The position numbers and the translations under genes were made by a program. The notes beneath the pieces are model-generated. The model had not been told where the DNA came from and searched no databases. It worked only from the letters and a program-made list of their open reading frames with translations. From assembly GCA_051047955.1 (NCBI GenBank), contig JBPGPT010000040.1:62001-121243 (forward strand): a stretch of DNA of 59,243 bases, given 5' to 3'. This document shows positions 24,225 through 36,689 of the stretch, one piece after another; position 1 is the stretch's first letter; each line of letters begins with the position of its first letter. The stretch is from Cystobasidiomycetes sp. EMM_F5. Its lineage: Eukaryota.

Positions 24225-26369
24225 CTATGGCATACTCTGCAGCTGTCGCTGCATCTCATCAACAACTGATTTAGGTAGAATTACGAAATCACTATCGCGC
24301 CCAGAAGTATGTACATCAGTCGTGATGACTTCTCTTCACAATCTCACTCTTACCTAGCATCGGCATCTGCCGCTAGTGCCGCTTTTATGCCACTTGCAAA
24401 TACAGACAAACGGCAGGAGTGAAGTAGGGCATTGAGTCTCTGGCGATTAGGGTTATCGATTTGCGCCAAGATGTCCGCATTCATTGACGCAACCTTGGCT
24501 GCCTGATTCATCGCCTGTGAATGCGGGTCTGGCTTTGATGCTGCGAGTAGATACTCGAGCACTTCGGAGAGGGCATTATTCAACCCGAACAGTTCAATAG
24601 AGTACTTGGAGGGATTTGCCTGCGCAATAGTCACAGGAGTCGATATTGGCTGCGATTTGGCAATAAGCGGCGGCTTGAAGGGCTGTTTGCCGGATGCATA
24701 TTTTGTCGTCGGCCTGACGTCCTGAGGAGACGCCGTGCTTGCATGATCTACTTGGAGCTGTCCTTCTTTTGCACTGACGTAGCCATTTTCTACCTTGCGC
24801 GCATCTAGTACTGGAGGCTTGGTCACTGGCCCCTTTGGTAATGATGGGCTTCGCGGGCGACGATCGCGGCCGCGTTGATGAGATCTTTGACGCTCGTCGT
24901 CGCTGTCATACCGATCATTACGATCGCGACGATGTCTATGACCATCGTCACTGTCTTCTTCACGTCGATGACGCCGAGCATGGCGGTCCTCGCGATCCGT
25001 ATCCCTCGAATTGTGGTATATAGCTTCGCGTTGGCTTCTGTATTCCCGTATGTCGTCTTCGCGAGCACGAACGCTTCTTGATCGACTACGTCGCGAGCGT
25101 GAAGGACTCCGACGGCTCCGTGAAGGACTTCGGTGACTTCGCGAAGGGCTTCGGCGATGCCTAGAGACTGAGCGACGTCTTCGCTTATGTTCTCGATCCG
25201 AGTCCTCGCCCTCTTCCAACGACTCCCTTCGACTACGCGATTCTCCGCGTCTGCTTCTAGATTTCGATCGAGACCTATGCCTAGATTTTGAGCGATGTCT
25301 GCTGGGCGATCCATCCTCTCGTCGCCTAGACGAGCTTCTCCCGCGATGCTTTCTCTTTCGTCCTCCGTCACTACTGTTGCTGTCTAGAACAGCAGTAGAC
25401 TCTGGTAACTCCGGCAAGCCCTTTATTTGCGAGAATTTTGCTACTAATTCCAGAGCTGGTTCCTGATAGTGTGGAGGCACAGCATTCTCCTGAAGAATTC
25501 GATGCAGAGCGCCCTGACGGAAAGCTTCTCGAACAGCCGACTCCTGTCCGTGATCGTTGTAGAGCTTGCGCTCCTGAGGAGTAGCGTACTCGTGTGGAAG
25601 GTATGCATGCGTAGCTGTGTATTCCCTTCCCATCAATTGCACGGACCACCGAGGATCATCCGGGAGTCCAAGTTGCGAGAATGTCACCTTGTCAAAGAGC
25701 TCAGTGGTGTCGCCGTAGAGGTCTGCCAGAAAGAATTGTATACGTTGAAGCGCACTCGCTGGTGCATCTTCAAAGAGTGCGGGTATATTTGGATGTATTG
25801 CGGACGACGACGACGATGCTGCTGCATGGCTGGCTGGCGTTTGTGAGACGGCAGCCCAGTGAGGGAAGAGCTCCTCGAGAGACGCGAGAGTAGCGAGATT
25901 GCCCCAACTGCCAGCGATTCTTGCAAGGTGTTGCTTGCGGACCGCTGGGAACACATTGCCATCGCTAAGTATGTTGTGAAGTATCTGTCTACTCAAGGCT
26001 TCTCGCGCGCATCCCTCGCGTCCTACATCCTGAATGTCGGAAGAAACAAGTCAACGAGTCAAACACACTGAAGTATCATTCACGGAGAAGGAACGCACAG
26101 GAGGCGTTGGGCCATATCTAAAGGTCTTTCCAAGAAGCCTCAGGGAAGCGTTCGAGACCTCTTCATCGTATTCGAAAAGGAAGTACTGGGCAGCGTGGTG
26201 GCCGACATGCACCAGTGATATGACTGTCCGTGGGTACAGATATGCACCAGCGCGTCCGTATCAGCTCACATCGCAGTTTCGAGCTCTGCCGCACGCTTTA
26301 CACGTCTTTGAGCCTACATTGTATCAAACGGTCCCATGCCGTGCGCGGAGGCGGCAGATTGGGATCCAT
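24225..26369 (-). CDS. Uncharacterised protein with two N-terminal dsRBD-like repeats and a central Arg/Ser/Asp-rich (SR-like) region
   Basis: 548-aa ORF extended upstream by two GT-AG spliced exons starting MDPNLPPPRTAWDRLIQ; RS/RD dipeptide-rich centre; last exon(s) uncertain. Confidence 0.7.
25098..25158 (-). repeat. Imperfect 21-bp coding tandem repeat (RRSPSRS x3)
   Basis: cgtgaaggactccgacggctc / cgtgaaggacttcggtgactt / cgcgaagggcttcggcga on the + strand. Confidence 0.75.
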
Positions 26370-26537
26370 CGCGAACTGGCCTGTCCATCCAGCGTATGAT
26401 TGGCAGGTCACACTACGCTGCAGACCTCTTCATCATATCACAGTCTCATCTCGTGCCCATTCATGGTGCCCAGAAAAGCCGACTTCGACATGGTGAGTCT
26501 CCGAGCAATACAGTATCATGATCGTGGTGATAAACAG

Positions 26538-29070
26538 CTACGCGTTTAATCGTACATCAACAACGTCTAACGGCAGCCCGTCTTGGATAACAACATGCAT
26601 ATCATCCGCGTCCGTGTACAATGGCAGATCCGGATGGGCATGGAAAGGATGCTTGTTCTGGCACTGAAGAATCACCTCTAGCCCGGGAGGCTGAGTACAC
26701 CGAAAGATTCCTACTTTTCGCTGCGCAGTAGGTGCCAGAACAACAGCGACTAGATTACGAGGTTTTTGTAAGTTATGACACGGATATGTCACTGTTAACA
26801 AGCGGTGCTCACTGGCTTCGGGCAGCATAGTCTGATAACTGCAAAGAAACCGTATCAGCTGACAACAATGTTACTTTGCTACAGACATACCTGCAATGAG
26901 TGTGTAAGTCGAGGCTGCTGAGAAATAGAGGATGGTTCGGGTGCGTATGTATCTGTATGACCGCCTCAGGCATCGAAGACGATTGCAGATTGATGAGCTT
27001 ACCCAGCCCATCACGATTGTATTGGTGTTGCCAGCTACCTCGAGGATGTCCTCCTCATGCTCAGCCGAACAGGTATCCGATGTGCCCGTTTGCTTTGGGA
27101 TCATCAAGACAGTCGCAGTCAGGACGTTCTTGGCCAGTTTACCGAGTATTAGACCGCAGGTCTCGATGTCTCTGCACATCGAGTAATCAGTATGGCTAGA
27201 GATATTTACAGTGTACCCACCTTCGCGTGTTCGGGTAAGCAATTCCAGCGAAAGTGTCTACAAGGCCCGAAGGAAGTAACACCGGTCGAAGACGGATGCC
27301 TCCTTCAGTGAATGCTGGCTTTGGTGCCGGTTTTGACTGCACTGCTACTTGAGGCGGAGCTCGAAGTTGTTGCAGAGGAGGGCGTTCCTGGTGTGTACCG
27401 ATGCCTATTGCATTATGAACTGAACGGATGGTTGGAGCCCACCGGTCTGAAGTAGCTGGGAGGGGGACCTTTGCAGGTCGCGAAGGCGGTGCGGGGTAGA
27501 GATGAGGAGCCATTCGGTGATTGGCCGCAGCCAGTGCTCTGGCTACAGGGGGTCCATTCGAGCTTCCATGTTGGATAGTAGGAGGACTAGTAATCTTGCG
27601 CGGATCGGTATGATCACCGTGAAAGCCCAGACTGGACGAAAAGCTCAGTTCTGATTGGAGTGGATGTGCTGCCTTGTATGAAAATGTTTCGTATCGTTCC
27701 AGAAATGGTGTTCGGATTTCCATTACTGCTGGAGCTTGGCCGTTGCTCTGCGGATGGCCGTATGGACCTTTGTAGCGAGCAGGCACAATGGGATGGCCCT
27801 GAGATGGACCAGGGATTTGCGGGATCGGATAAGGCAAATTTGTGCGGGGCTTATCATTACTCGTCATTTTTGGCAGTGTTGGTATTGCTGATCCATCCTT
27901 TTTCGCAACATCAACGTAGTTCTGTCGGCGATCTGGTGGAGCGTAAGGAATAGCAAAGGGAGTATAGAATGGAGAGGCATAATATGATGTGGCAGGAATA
28001 GACGGGACAGGGCGGTTGCCTGAAGACACCGATCTGCGAGACGACAGACTGGGCCGAAGACAGGGCCGCGCCTCATCCGGTACGGTCCAATGCATTGCCT
28101 TTGGAGCATCCGCGCCATCATCCGTCTCATGAATCGAATCTGGCGGATTGACACGCCTGGAGGTCGCGAGCGATGATGTCGCGTCCGAGCTATACCTGGA
28201 CGAGCTGGCATCGTTACGTAAGGAATTATGCTCGGTCATATCCTCGCTGTTCGCATTCATAGACGAGTCTGTGCCGCCGAATGAGCTGTCGAGATCACGC
28301 GAATGGCGTGAGGGTGACATGATTGAAGTCGTAGTATGTCGCACAGCAGGTACCGAGTCCGTTGAAGTCAGACTGCTTGATCTAGGAGATCGAGCGTATT
28401 TAGGTCTACCCAAGAATTTGTCCCGCTTCCGTCTTACTAAGCTTGAACCTCCGTCTCGGCTGGGGTAGTCGGAGGATGTTTCCAATAATTCATCATGGGG
28501 GATTACATCTTCCCCGACAGAGAACGAGCGCACCGCCTCATCAATCTCATCGACTTGAGACTCGATGTAAGTCTGATATCGCTCCTTCAAAATCGGTTTT
28601 ATTTGCTTCAGCCGCTCCATGGCGAAGTCTGACGTTTTTATCAGCGTCTTTTCGATAATCACGTCCCCTCGACCCAAGCGCCGGAAGTCGGGGTGTTGAG
28701 GAATGTGGGACACTGCGAGTCTGACTTACGTGGGCGGTCAGTACATCCGGCGGGATCAAAAGGATGTCTGAGCTTACCGAGCGCATCGCATGTACATGAC
28801 GAAAGCAGTTTCCAAATCTCCTTCATCCTCGTAGACGCTGGCTTGCCTTCTTAGATCCTCTAGACCTCGCAGGTATGCTTGTAGCGTAGGAGTTGGGTCA
28901 AAGACGTATTCCGCTTGCTGGACGAGTTCAGCGACTGATCTTGGCGTTACATTCAGTGTCTGATGCGATTGGTTCGCGTCCAGATAATCTTGCCCCGCCC
29001 AGGCTGAACTTGCAGCAGTAGAGGATGTGGATGCGTAGGAAGGCGCATATCGGCTGGTTGGGGACGTCAT
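26538..29070 (-). CDS. STAMBP: AMSH/STAMBP-like JAMM deubiquitinase with N-terminal MIT/USP8-dimer-like domain
   Basis: N-terminal EGDLETAFVMY and HIPQHPDF; C-terminal IETCGLILG, IPKQTGTSDTC, HTHP...FLSSLDLHTH, YQTMLPEA and HPFHAH. Confidence 0.88.
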
Positions 29071-29322
29071 AGGGCGCGTGTGACCGCTGCAGGCGATGCT
29101 ATTCGAATTTCCATTGGAATGAAACGCCTAGCAGACGCTATTAGCACGTTTTATGAAAGTGTTAGTGTAATATCAGTCAGCGAGTCAGTGCAGAGGCAGG
29201 CTGCGAATACTACACCGTCTGACAGGTCGACATTACGCTCGATCGCTGGCTTTAGTACCCGACCTTTTAGTGGAAACCCACTCTTCCACTGTCTCTACTG
29301 CTACACCTGCCTTCACCTCGTA

Positions 29323-32300
29323 ATGGCCGCCCCATCGCAGGGGCACGATCTGCTCAGTCTGCTCATGGGCGGCTCTAAAGCTCCACTTGCTAGTCCAGAG
29401 GCTGCCAAAGTGGAATCGTCGGCAGCTGTCTTGCCTGCAGAGCTGAAAGCCAGCCATGACTCTGCCTCCGCCAGCGCACAGGAGCCCTCTACATTACACA
29501 ACGGAGCTGGCGATGGGCCGGTGGTGTTTCCGACAGAATCAAACAGCGACGACCTGTTGAACAGCCTGTTTCGGATGGCCCGCAATACGCCCTACGGCAA
29601 TATATCGCCTTCCGCGTTGCAGACTGCTCAGAGGGAACGCAAAGTGTCTGCAGGAAGCAGTCTCCTGGCGACTTTGCAAGGAAGTCGTTTTCCAGCTGAT
29701 CAAACGGTGACCAGAAGCGGTAATAGCACACCGTCGGCGAGTGCAGCTGGAACACCACTCAAGAGTCCTCCATCACGCCTACCTTCTGTCTCGGTACTTC
29801 CAAAGCCGCAGTCAAGTTTCTTGAGCGACAATAGCCGACACCTTCTGTCAATGCTGAATGTGGCAGCTCCAAGCCCGGAGGTAGAAGAAGCGGCGGTAGA
29901 CCAGCAGACTACACAGACAACATTTGTCTCAAATTCCGGAGACGACTCTCAGACAGTTGCAAACGAAAACAGCAAGTCCATCGAGAGTGGTGTGACAAAT
30001 GCGCAAATACCTGCAAGCAACGGTCAGCCCCCTCAGACAGTTGCTGAGAGCGGGATCGTACAGAATGATAGTCCACATCAACCCAGTCTTGAACAATCCC
30101 ATTCTTCAGGAACGCCTGTCAAACCCAAGCCGTCGACATCCAGTCTCTCCAAAGCCACAACATCACCCTTTACTTTTGTGTCACCTTTCGATATGCTCGC
30201 TGCACGGACTAGCGCGACTACGTCTCCGGCGAATCAGAGTCGACAGGAACAGTCGACGTCGGCTGCAACCTTACCATCTTCGGCGGGAGACGCAAATACC
30301 CATAGTAATCAAGCGCAAGGCGCTGCAAACGGAACGATCATTGCTGAAGAGGTCAAAAACACAGATCAGTCGGCACAAGCACGTGACGGAGTTACGATTG
30401 ATGCAATGATTCCGGACGAAAATGCACAACCTGTGCAAACAGAGCACACCTTGTCGAGAGGCGTTTCGCCCAATCTGATAGCCGAGGGGGCTCAGTCGGA
30501 TGTTACTATAAGCGTCAAGGCCGAGCCTCAGCTCGCTTCATCGATGTAAGAAGAGATTACAGTCTGTCATGACTTACGTTGATATATGCTTTATATACTT
30601 GCAGGCGAAACGGCCTGGCCATGACACCCGATGAAGAGCGTTCCCGCGATTTTATGGTGTATTTCAGTAACGATAATGACGACCTTAGAACCGATTATGA
30701 GCCGACTCGACAAGCCGTGTCTCGCTTCAACTCCCCGTTAGTGTACTCTGGTCGACGCCGCCAGATTGCGGCGAACGGTCTTATAGCCTATGCCACAAGA
30801 GCTGGCCGGATTCGTATAATCGATCCTAGCACCGGTGCCCGACTGATACACAAAGCTCACAGCGGCATTGCGCAAGATCTAGCCATTTCAGCAGAATTTA
30901 GCGAGGATGGCCAGCGTTGGCGAAACATTGCGAGCGCGAGAAATCAGAATATACACTTCTTGCGCGCGCCCGCTTCTTTCGATTCTGATGATCCGCCTGT
31001 AAAGCATCACGAAGTCAGTATAGAAGACTGGACAGCCGGCTCCATACAGTACAACCCGGCGCGTCCGGATGAAGTACGAGCCGTGTCAGCTAATGTAGAG
31101 AAAGTAGCACCCCTTTCTCAGTCTGGCACATCATCGATGAAAACCATGGCCAGCAGCGCGCTCCCTTCAACGGCAAGTCCATGGCTTGGCATTAGCTACA
31201 CGGATGACGGGAGTGCGGTCATACTCGTATCCACTGGCGGGCTCATCGAAATTCACGATGCCGATCCCTCCTCAAGCAAATCCTCGCAAAAACGATACCT
31301 GCAGCGACAGCTACAATCAAGTGCAACGCAAATCATAACTGACTTTATCCCCTTGAGTCACCCTGTCGATGGCAGACTTGCTGCTGTAGCTATCATCAGG
31401 GGTCAAGGCAATGTCATCGATATCTACAGCATGTCCACGCTTCTACAAGGTGATTCGACAATGCCGGACGCTGTATTTTCTCTCGTGCTAGATCCCGGAA
31501 TGGATTACGATGGTAGCTTTGGTCAAGTCACGTACATATCCGAGACTGGCACGTTGGCAATTTCCTCATCATACAGACAAAGCATTTTTCTATGCAGCCT
31601 AGCCTTTCCGGCCCGAGATGCTTTGGCTGACTTCTCTTCGGATGCTCAAGCACTGAGCACCGCTTCAAGCGTGGACACCCACTATGCGTCTGCAAAGACT
31701 GAGACCGTGACGATTAAACGTGTCACAGAGATTACAACAGATCATGCCATTGTTCAGCTCACGTATGCCAAGCTGGATGGTCGCCACTGCTTATTCTATC
31801 TGCATACGGATGGCTTTGAGCAAATGATACTAGACAACGCTGTATTTGCCGATTCGCAAGCTGCTGAAACCGGCTCGCAAAAACAAGCAGCCACGGACGG
31901 AGCGGTACTCGTGGGCGGAACTCAGTCTTCAGATGCTGCAGCATCTACTCTGCCTACACCAGCTTCTGCAGACATCGATCTTGCGATACCTATCGAACAT
32001 GCAATAGAGACATCCCCAACCGAAGAGGAACTGCAACCTACAATTGATACAGCCAAAAACACTCCTAAGGCAGCGGATGTCCAAAAGCCCGAATTCCCTA
32101 ATTTCACCAAAGCCCTCCAATCTGGGGCAGACCCGGCTGTACTGCTCGCGCAAATGCAGCAGCTTTTCCTTGAACAAGCCAGCCTCTTTGAGTCTATGCT
32201 TGCAACCCAACAAAAAGCAGAGAAGGCACGCTCACACCAAATCTTAGCGTTGGTATCTGAAACGTGGGTAACAGGTCGTGTCTTATACTGGCTGTGACCG

Positions 32301-33433
32301 TGTGCTGAGGTTGGCTGCCAGGCTCACTGCGACCACCCGAAAGATGATTCAGGATGCGCTGCAGAGACAAGTCACGGATACCATTCGCAACGAAATGGAG
32401 CAACGTTTCCTGCCGGAAGTCTTACGATCCTTCTCCGATCTCACTCGGGCTGTGGATTCTGCGGCACAGACCCAGAGCCTCGCAGTCAAACAAATGGCTA
32501 TGACCCAAGTCCGCAACAGCATCGTCGAAGTATTAGCCAATGTAGGAATAGGTGGTACCTTAAATCACAAAGCAGTGGGCTGAAACGAAGCATTCACAGC
32601 AACTACCGGCGCATTTCAACAATATGACACATCAGATTCCTCTTCTGTTGGCACCAGCCATCGACGTGACTATGCAGCGAGCCGTGTCCGCACAAGTAGA
32701 ACGATCTGAACAATTCATTCGACAAGCAATGGCCGACCAAGCCAACATTCTAAATAATATTCGGCAGACGACATTGGAACAGCAGATGAGAAGCGAAGAG
32801 AACGCCGCTCGATACGAGACTCAAATTGACAGCTTGCAAAGAGATGTTGCAGATTTGATAGCTGGTCAACGTCAGACGAACGATCAACTTGCTCATTTAT
32901 TAGCAATTGCCGGAGGCGGTACTTTGGGTCCGGATGCCAACATTGTATCGGCTTCGAACGGGTCCAACCTCATCGCTGAGCCTCAACGTCCCGCTACGCC
33001 TATCGATCAATACGAAGATCTCTTCCTGCGAACTCTGCGAGAAGACAAAGTTGCGCCGCTGAGCGTGCTGATCGATGATGCACCGGATGAGCGACTATTG
33101 CGTATTTTCCCCTCGTCGGGACCTCCGATAATTTCGTCGCCCAACATCATGGCTATCCTGTTACAACTGTCCATCCTACTACCAAAAGAAAACTCGCCAA
33201 CTTTGAGCCAGCGGGAGCGAAAGCGCCTTGCATGGCTAGTAGCCTGCAACAAAGCTTGCTATGTCTCAATGAACGACGTCAGGTATAGACAATTCCTGCC
33301 GAGGGTGTTTACCGGCACTCTGCATGCTCTGCATACTCGCAAAGGCGATCTTCAAAATCCACACGATGTCGAACTCATGGCGGCAATACAAGACGAGGTG
33401 GAGGTCCAGTACTTGAAACTCGGCGAGCATTGA
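29323..33433 (+). CDS. EDC4: EDC4/Ge-1/Pdc1-like mRNA decapping scaffold (disordered N-terminus, WD40 propeller, coiled coil, C-terminal helical domain)
   Basis: QIAANGLIAYATRAGRIRIIDPSTGARLIHKAHSGIAQDLAI resembles the start of the Ge-1 WD40; Q/E-rich coiled coil; C-terminal IISSPNIMAILLQLS...KRLAWL. Confidence 0.72.
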
Positions 33434-33712
33434 GTATCGGGTAATGAACTGCACAAAGCCAGTCGACGAGCTTGGTCCGCTATCGCAAATCCGTAGAAGT
33501 ACGCAGTATCTCTTGAGTGATGTTGTTGTAGAATGCACATGAAACGGAAACGCTTGGAGAGCAGGGCCACTGCTTTATTCGATTGCATGTCATGGTCGAT
33601 GCTCAGAAAGGCAGGACCTGACAAGCGACGACGTTTCTCGAGGGACAACTGTCATGTAGCGGTCACTTTCAGAGTCTCATTTCTGTTCAGCTCTCTGCTT
33701 TCCGATGCGCGA

Positions 33713-35150
33713 ATGTCGACTTCTGCTACACCCTCGCTGCTGGCTCCTCCGCCGTCACCATCTTTGGCGGCAAGCCGCAAAGGCCGGCGACGACTTGGCA
33801 CATCAAAGTCAAAACAGCGTCGCCCAAACCTAGCGAGCCTTCATCATCTAGCGAGTCCTGCTGCATGGATACTGTATTACTTTGCAACTGCTGGCGCCCA
33901 CCGACTCGTATGCAGGCTCAACACCGACCACCTCCACTTGCCATTTACAATCGCAAGCACGCATGTCGTAGCTGGAGCCTTGCTAGGACAGGCGTGTCGT
34001 TCCACAGAAGGAGCTGGGCCTCTTCGCCTGTCGAAAGATCAGAGGAACGTAGTGCTGCAATTGGCAATCCTGCTCGTTGGCGCTTCTGCCGCCTTTGCCG
34101 TCGTTCCCAGCTCAGCGAGTCCAGCGGTAAGCCCCGTCCATTCTCTTTACTGGAAGCCATCCTCATCTTGCAGACATCTCAAAGATCTTCGAATCGGTGC
34201 AAGCAATGATCCCCTTGCTTGTGACAGCGTACCTCATCACAACAGCGGAACGGACACTGTCTCAGATTGTACAGCTAGCGACCACACTCAACGTGTCTGG
34301 TCTGGTACTGCTAACGTGAGCGAGTTTACCATATGGAGCATATTGACTTATCTGAGCCCGCTTCCTGCCACAGACACGGCCTCTATAGCTGCACTGGGTT
34401 TGGTCTCGCTGGCTCGATAGCAGCCGCAGTCTCGACCACCGCCTCTGTTATATGTCTCAACAACCTCCAAAATAGCGAAGAGCGCATGGAACCTCTCTCC
34501 CTTCTATGCCATATTTGCCGACTAGCTTGTTTGCCACTGATCTGCCTAAGTTGGCTGAGCGGAGAATGGCCGCGATTTCTGGCAGAGATGACTGCTAGCG
34601 GTTCGACATTTAGCGAAATCTTGCTGCTCGAGACAACTCTTTGGCTTTGTGTACGTATTTCGAATTTCTACGTAGGTCAATCCATGGTATGTACGATTTC
34701 AGTGAATGCTTTTCTGACATGTGAACCCTCCGTTCGCGTTTCCAGGCACATCGAGCAGCTTCGTCGCTGAGCATGGCGCTTGTCAGTAATCTGGCCACAG
34801 CCTCAGCTTCCTTTTCTCTTCCCAGTATGCTTGGCATACCTATTTATCCCCTCGCCATTCCGGGACTGGGGCTTGTTCTAATCAGTCTATACACTTATGG
34901 CGTTCCGCTCAGCGACAACGTTCCCACCATGGATCTCGGTCATAAATTGCCGTCTCCCAGTCGGCTAGCTGTGGCCGTGCCTACACTCGCTATCGCACAG
35001 CAGTCGCACCTAGGTGTGCCTGTGTCAATTTTCGTGCAACCTCCCACACCCATCAGGACAAGTTACGACTCTGAAGCCGATGGTGGAATACAGCTACCGC
35101 CAGACTTGCCTGCCCATGCGCTACTTGGCCAGAAACGATGTAGCGTTTAG
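33713..35150 (+). CDS. Divergent triose-phosphate/nucleotide-sugar transporter (TPT/SLC35-like)
   Basis: LHLPFTIASTHVV, MEPLSLL and NFYVG segments with several hydrophobic helices; exon structure only partly resolved. Confidence 0.55.
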
Positions 35151-35609
35151 TTCATAATAAGCTATCTGGTAGTCCGACTTTGCAGTCAATGGTGACTCGA
35201 TCAATCTGCCGTGTATAAATTACAATCAGCGACCGCATCAACGCAGTACGCAGTCAGCTCTGCCTTAACTGGTACAGATATCTTGAATGTGGTTGTGCCG
35301 AGCTGACACGTGCACGGTGGATTAGCTGCGCCCGTTTCGGCCGAACACAGCGGAGCTTTCGTGTTGGCATGGCATCGTCATTCAGCGTCATGCGCTGCGT
35401 GTTTTGATCGTAGCCAGCAGCAGCAGCTGTTCTTTTCCCGCTTCACTTCGCATCTCTGGCAAGACCTGCGTCTTGGACTGTGCTGCCAGTGGTATTGATA
35501 CACTGCTCCGGACTCCCTCTCTGGAAATGACACAACGGTGCGGTCATGCCATAACATTACAGGTGTGACCGCGTCGCAGGCACTGATGCAAACCTTTCGT
35601 ACTTTGCAG

Positions 35610-36446
35610 ATGTCGGCGGCTAAATTGACCACAACAGAGGGCACACTCGCGTACACCTTGAGCGGTCCATCAACCGGCAGACTCGTCGTTCTGGCTCATG
35701 GCATAGCAGATTCTTCCCGTGCCTACCGTTTTCTAGCGCCCAAGCTGGCCGACGCAGGCTATCGCGTTGCCAATCTCGACAATCGTGGTTGCGGTGAATC
35801 GTCTGTCGGCTGGGCAGGCTATTCTCGCACAGACATTGCAAACGACCTTATCGCGCTCGTCAAGCATATCAATCCAGGACAACCCGCTATCATCGTCGGT
35901 CACTCCAACTCGGGTGGTGCAGCCACAATCGCAGCTGCTCTGGAGCCAACCCTGTTCGCTGGATTGATTGAGATCTGTCCTTTCACGAAAGAACAGAGCA
36001 TGGGCATTTATGATCTCTGGAGGAAAGGACCTCTGCGACTCGTGGGCGCACTTCTGGCCTCGTCACCGGTTCTGTGGGGTACCTATCTCGAAGCTGCACT
36101 TCCCGGAACCAAGCGCCCATCCGACTGGGCTGAGGAGAAGGCCCTCATCCAGACCAGACTACAAGAATCCGGCAGAATGACGGCGTTCAAGCAGATGTGC
36201 TTTAGCCCCCCTGTCGATGCCGGTGCGAAGCTCGAAGCAGTCAAGTGTCCGGTTCTCATCATCATGGGGTCTGCAGACTGCGACTGGGCGAGTCCTCGCG
36301 CGGAAGGTGATGCTATTCTAGCCAAGTTACCGCCAGGACTCGGCCAATTGGAGATGCTCGACCATGCGGGTCATTACCCACACTATCAGTATCCGGACGA
36401 GACTTGGGCTCTGATGCAGCCCTTCTTAGGCAAGCATTTGAGGTAA
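35610..36446 (+). CDS. Alpha/beta hydrolase, intron-free core, actinobacterial-like
   Basis: LVVLAHGIAD; YRVANLDNRGCGES; GHSNSGG nucleophile elbow; GSADCDW; AGHYPH; possible 12-codon upstream exon at 35527-35562. Confidence 0.9.
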   Translation: MSAAKLTTTEGTLAYTLSGPSTGRLVVLAHGIADSSRAYRFLAPKLADAGYRVANLDNRGCGESSVGWAGYSRTDIANDLIALVKHINPGQPAIIVGHSNSGGAATIAAALEPTLFAGLIEICPFTKEQSMGIYDLWRKGPLRLVGALLASSPVLWGTYLEAALPGTKRPSDWAEEKALIQTRLQESGRMTAFKQMCFSPPVDAGAKLEAVKCPVLIIMGSADCDWASPRAEGDAILAKLPPGLGQLEMLDHAGHYPHYQYPDETWALMQPFLGKHLR

Positions 36447-36689
36447 TCGTTGTGGTATGCGATGTCTTGTCCCTGCGATTCTTGAGTAAGTTTATTTAGT
36501 GGACGTTGATGCGCGATAAGGCAAATGAAGAATGTCGTTGTCAGCTTGGGCCACTTGCAATCCAAACATCGAGCTTCGGTACAAGAAGAGTCTCGCAATG
36601 TGCAATCTGCATGGCCTTGACTTTGCAAACAGCAGTGCATGCTGGCTAAACACGAGCTTCCAGATGACGCAAGTGCAGCAGTATACACA

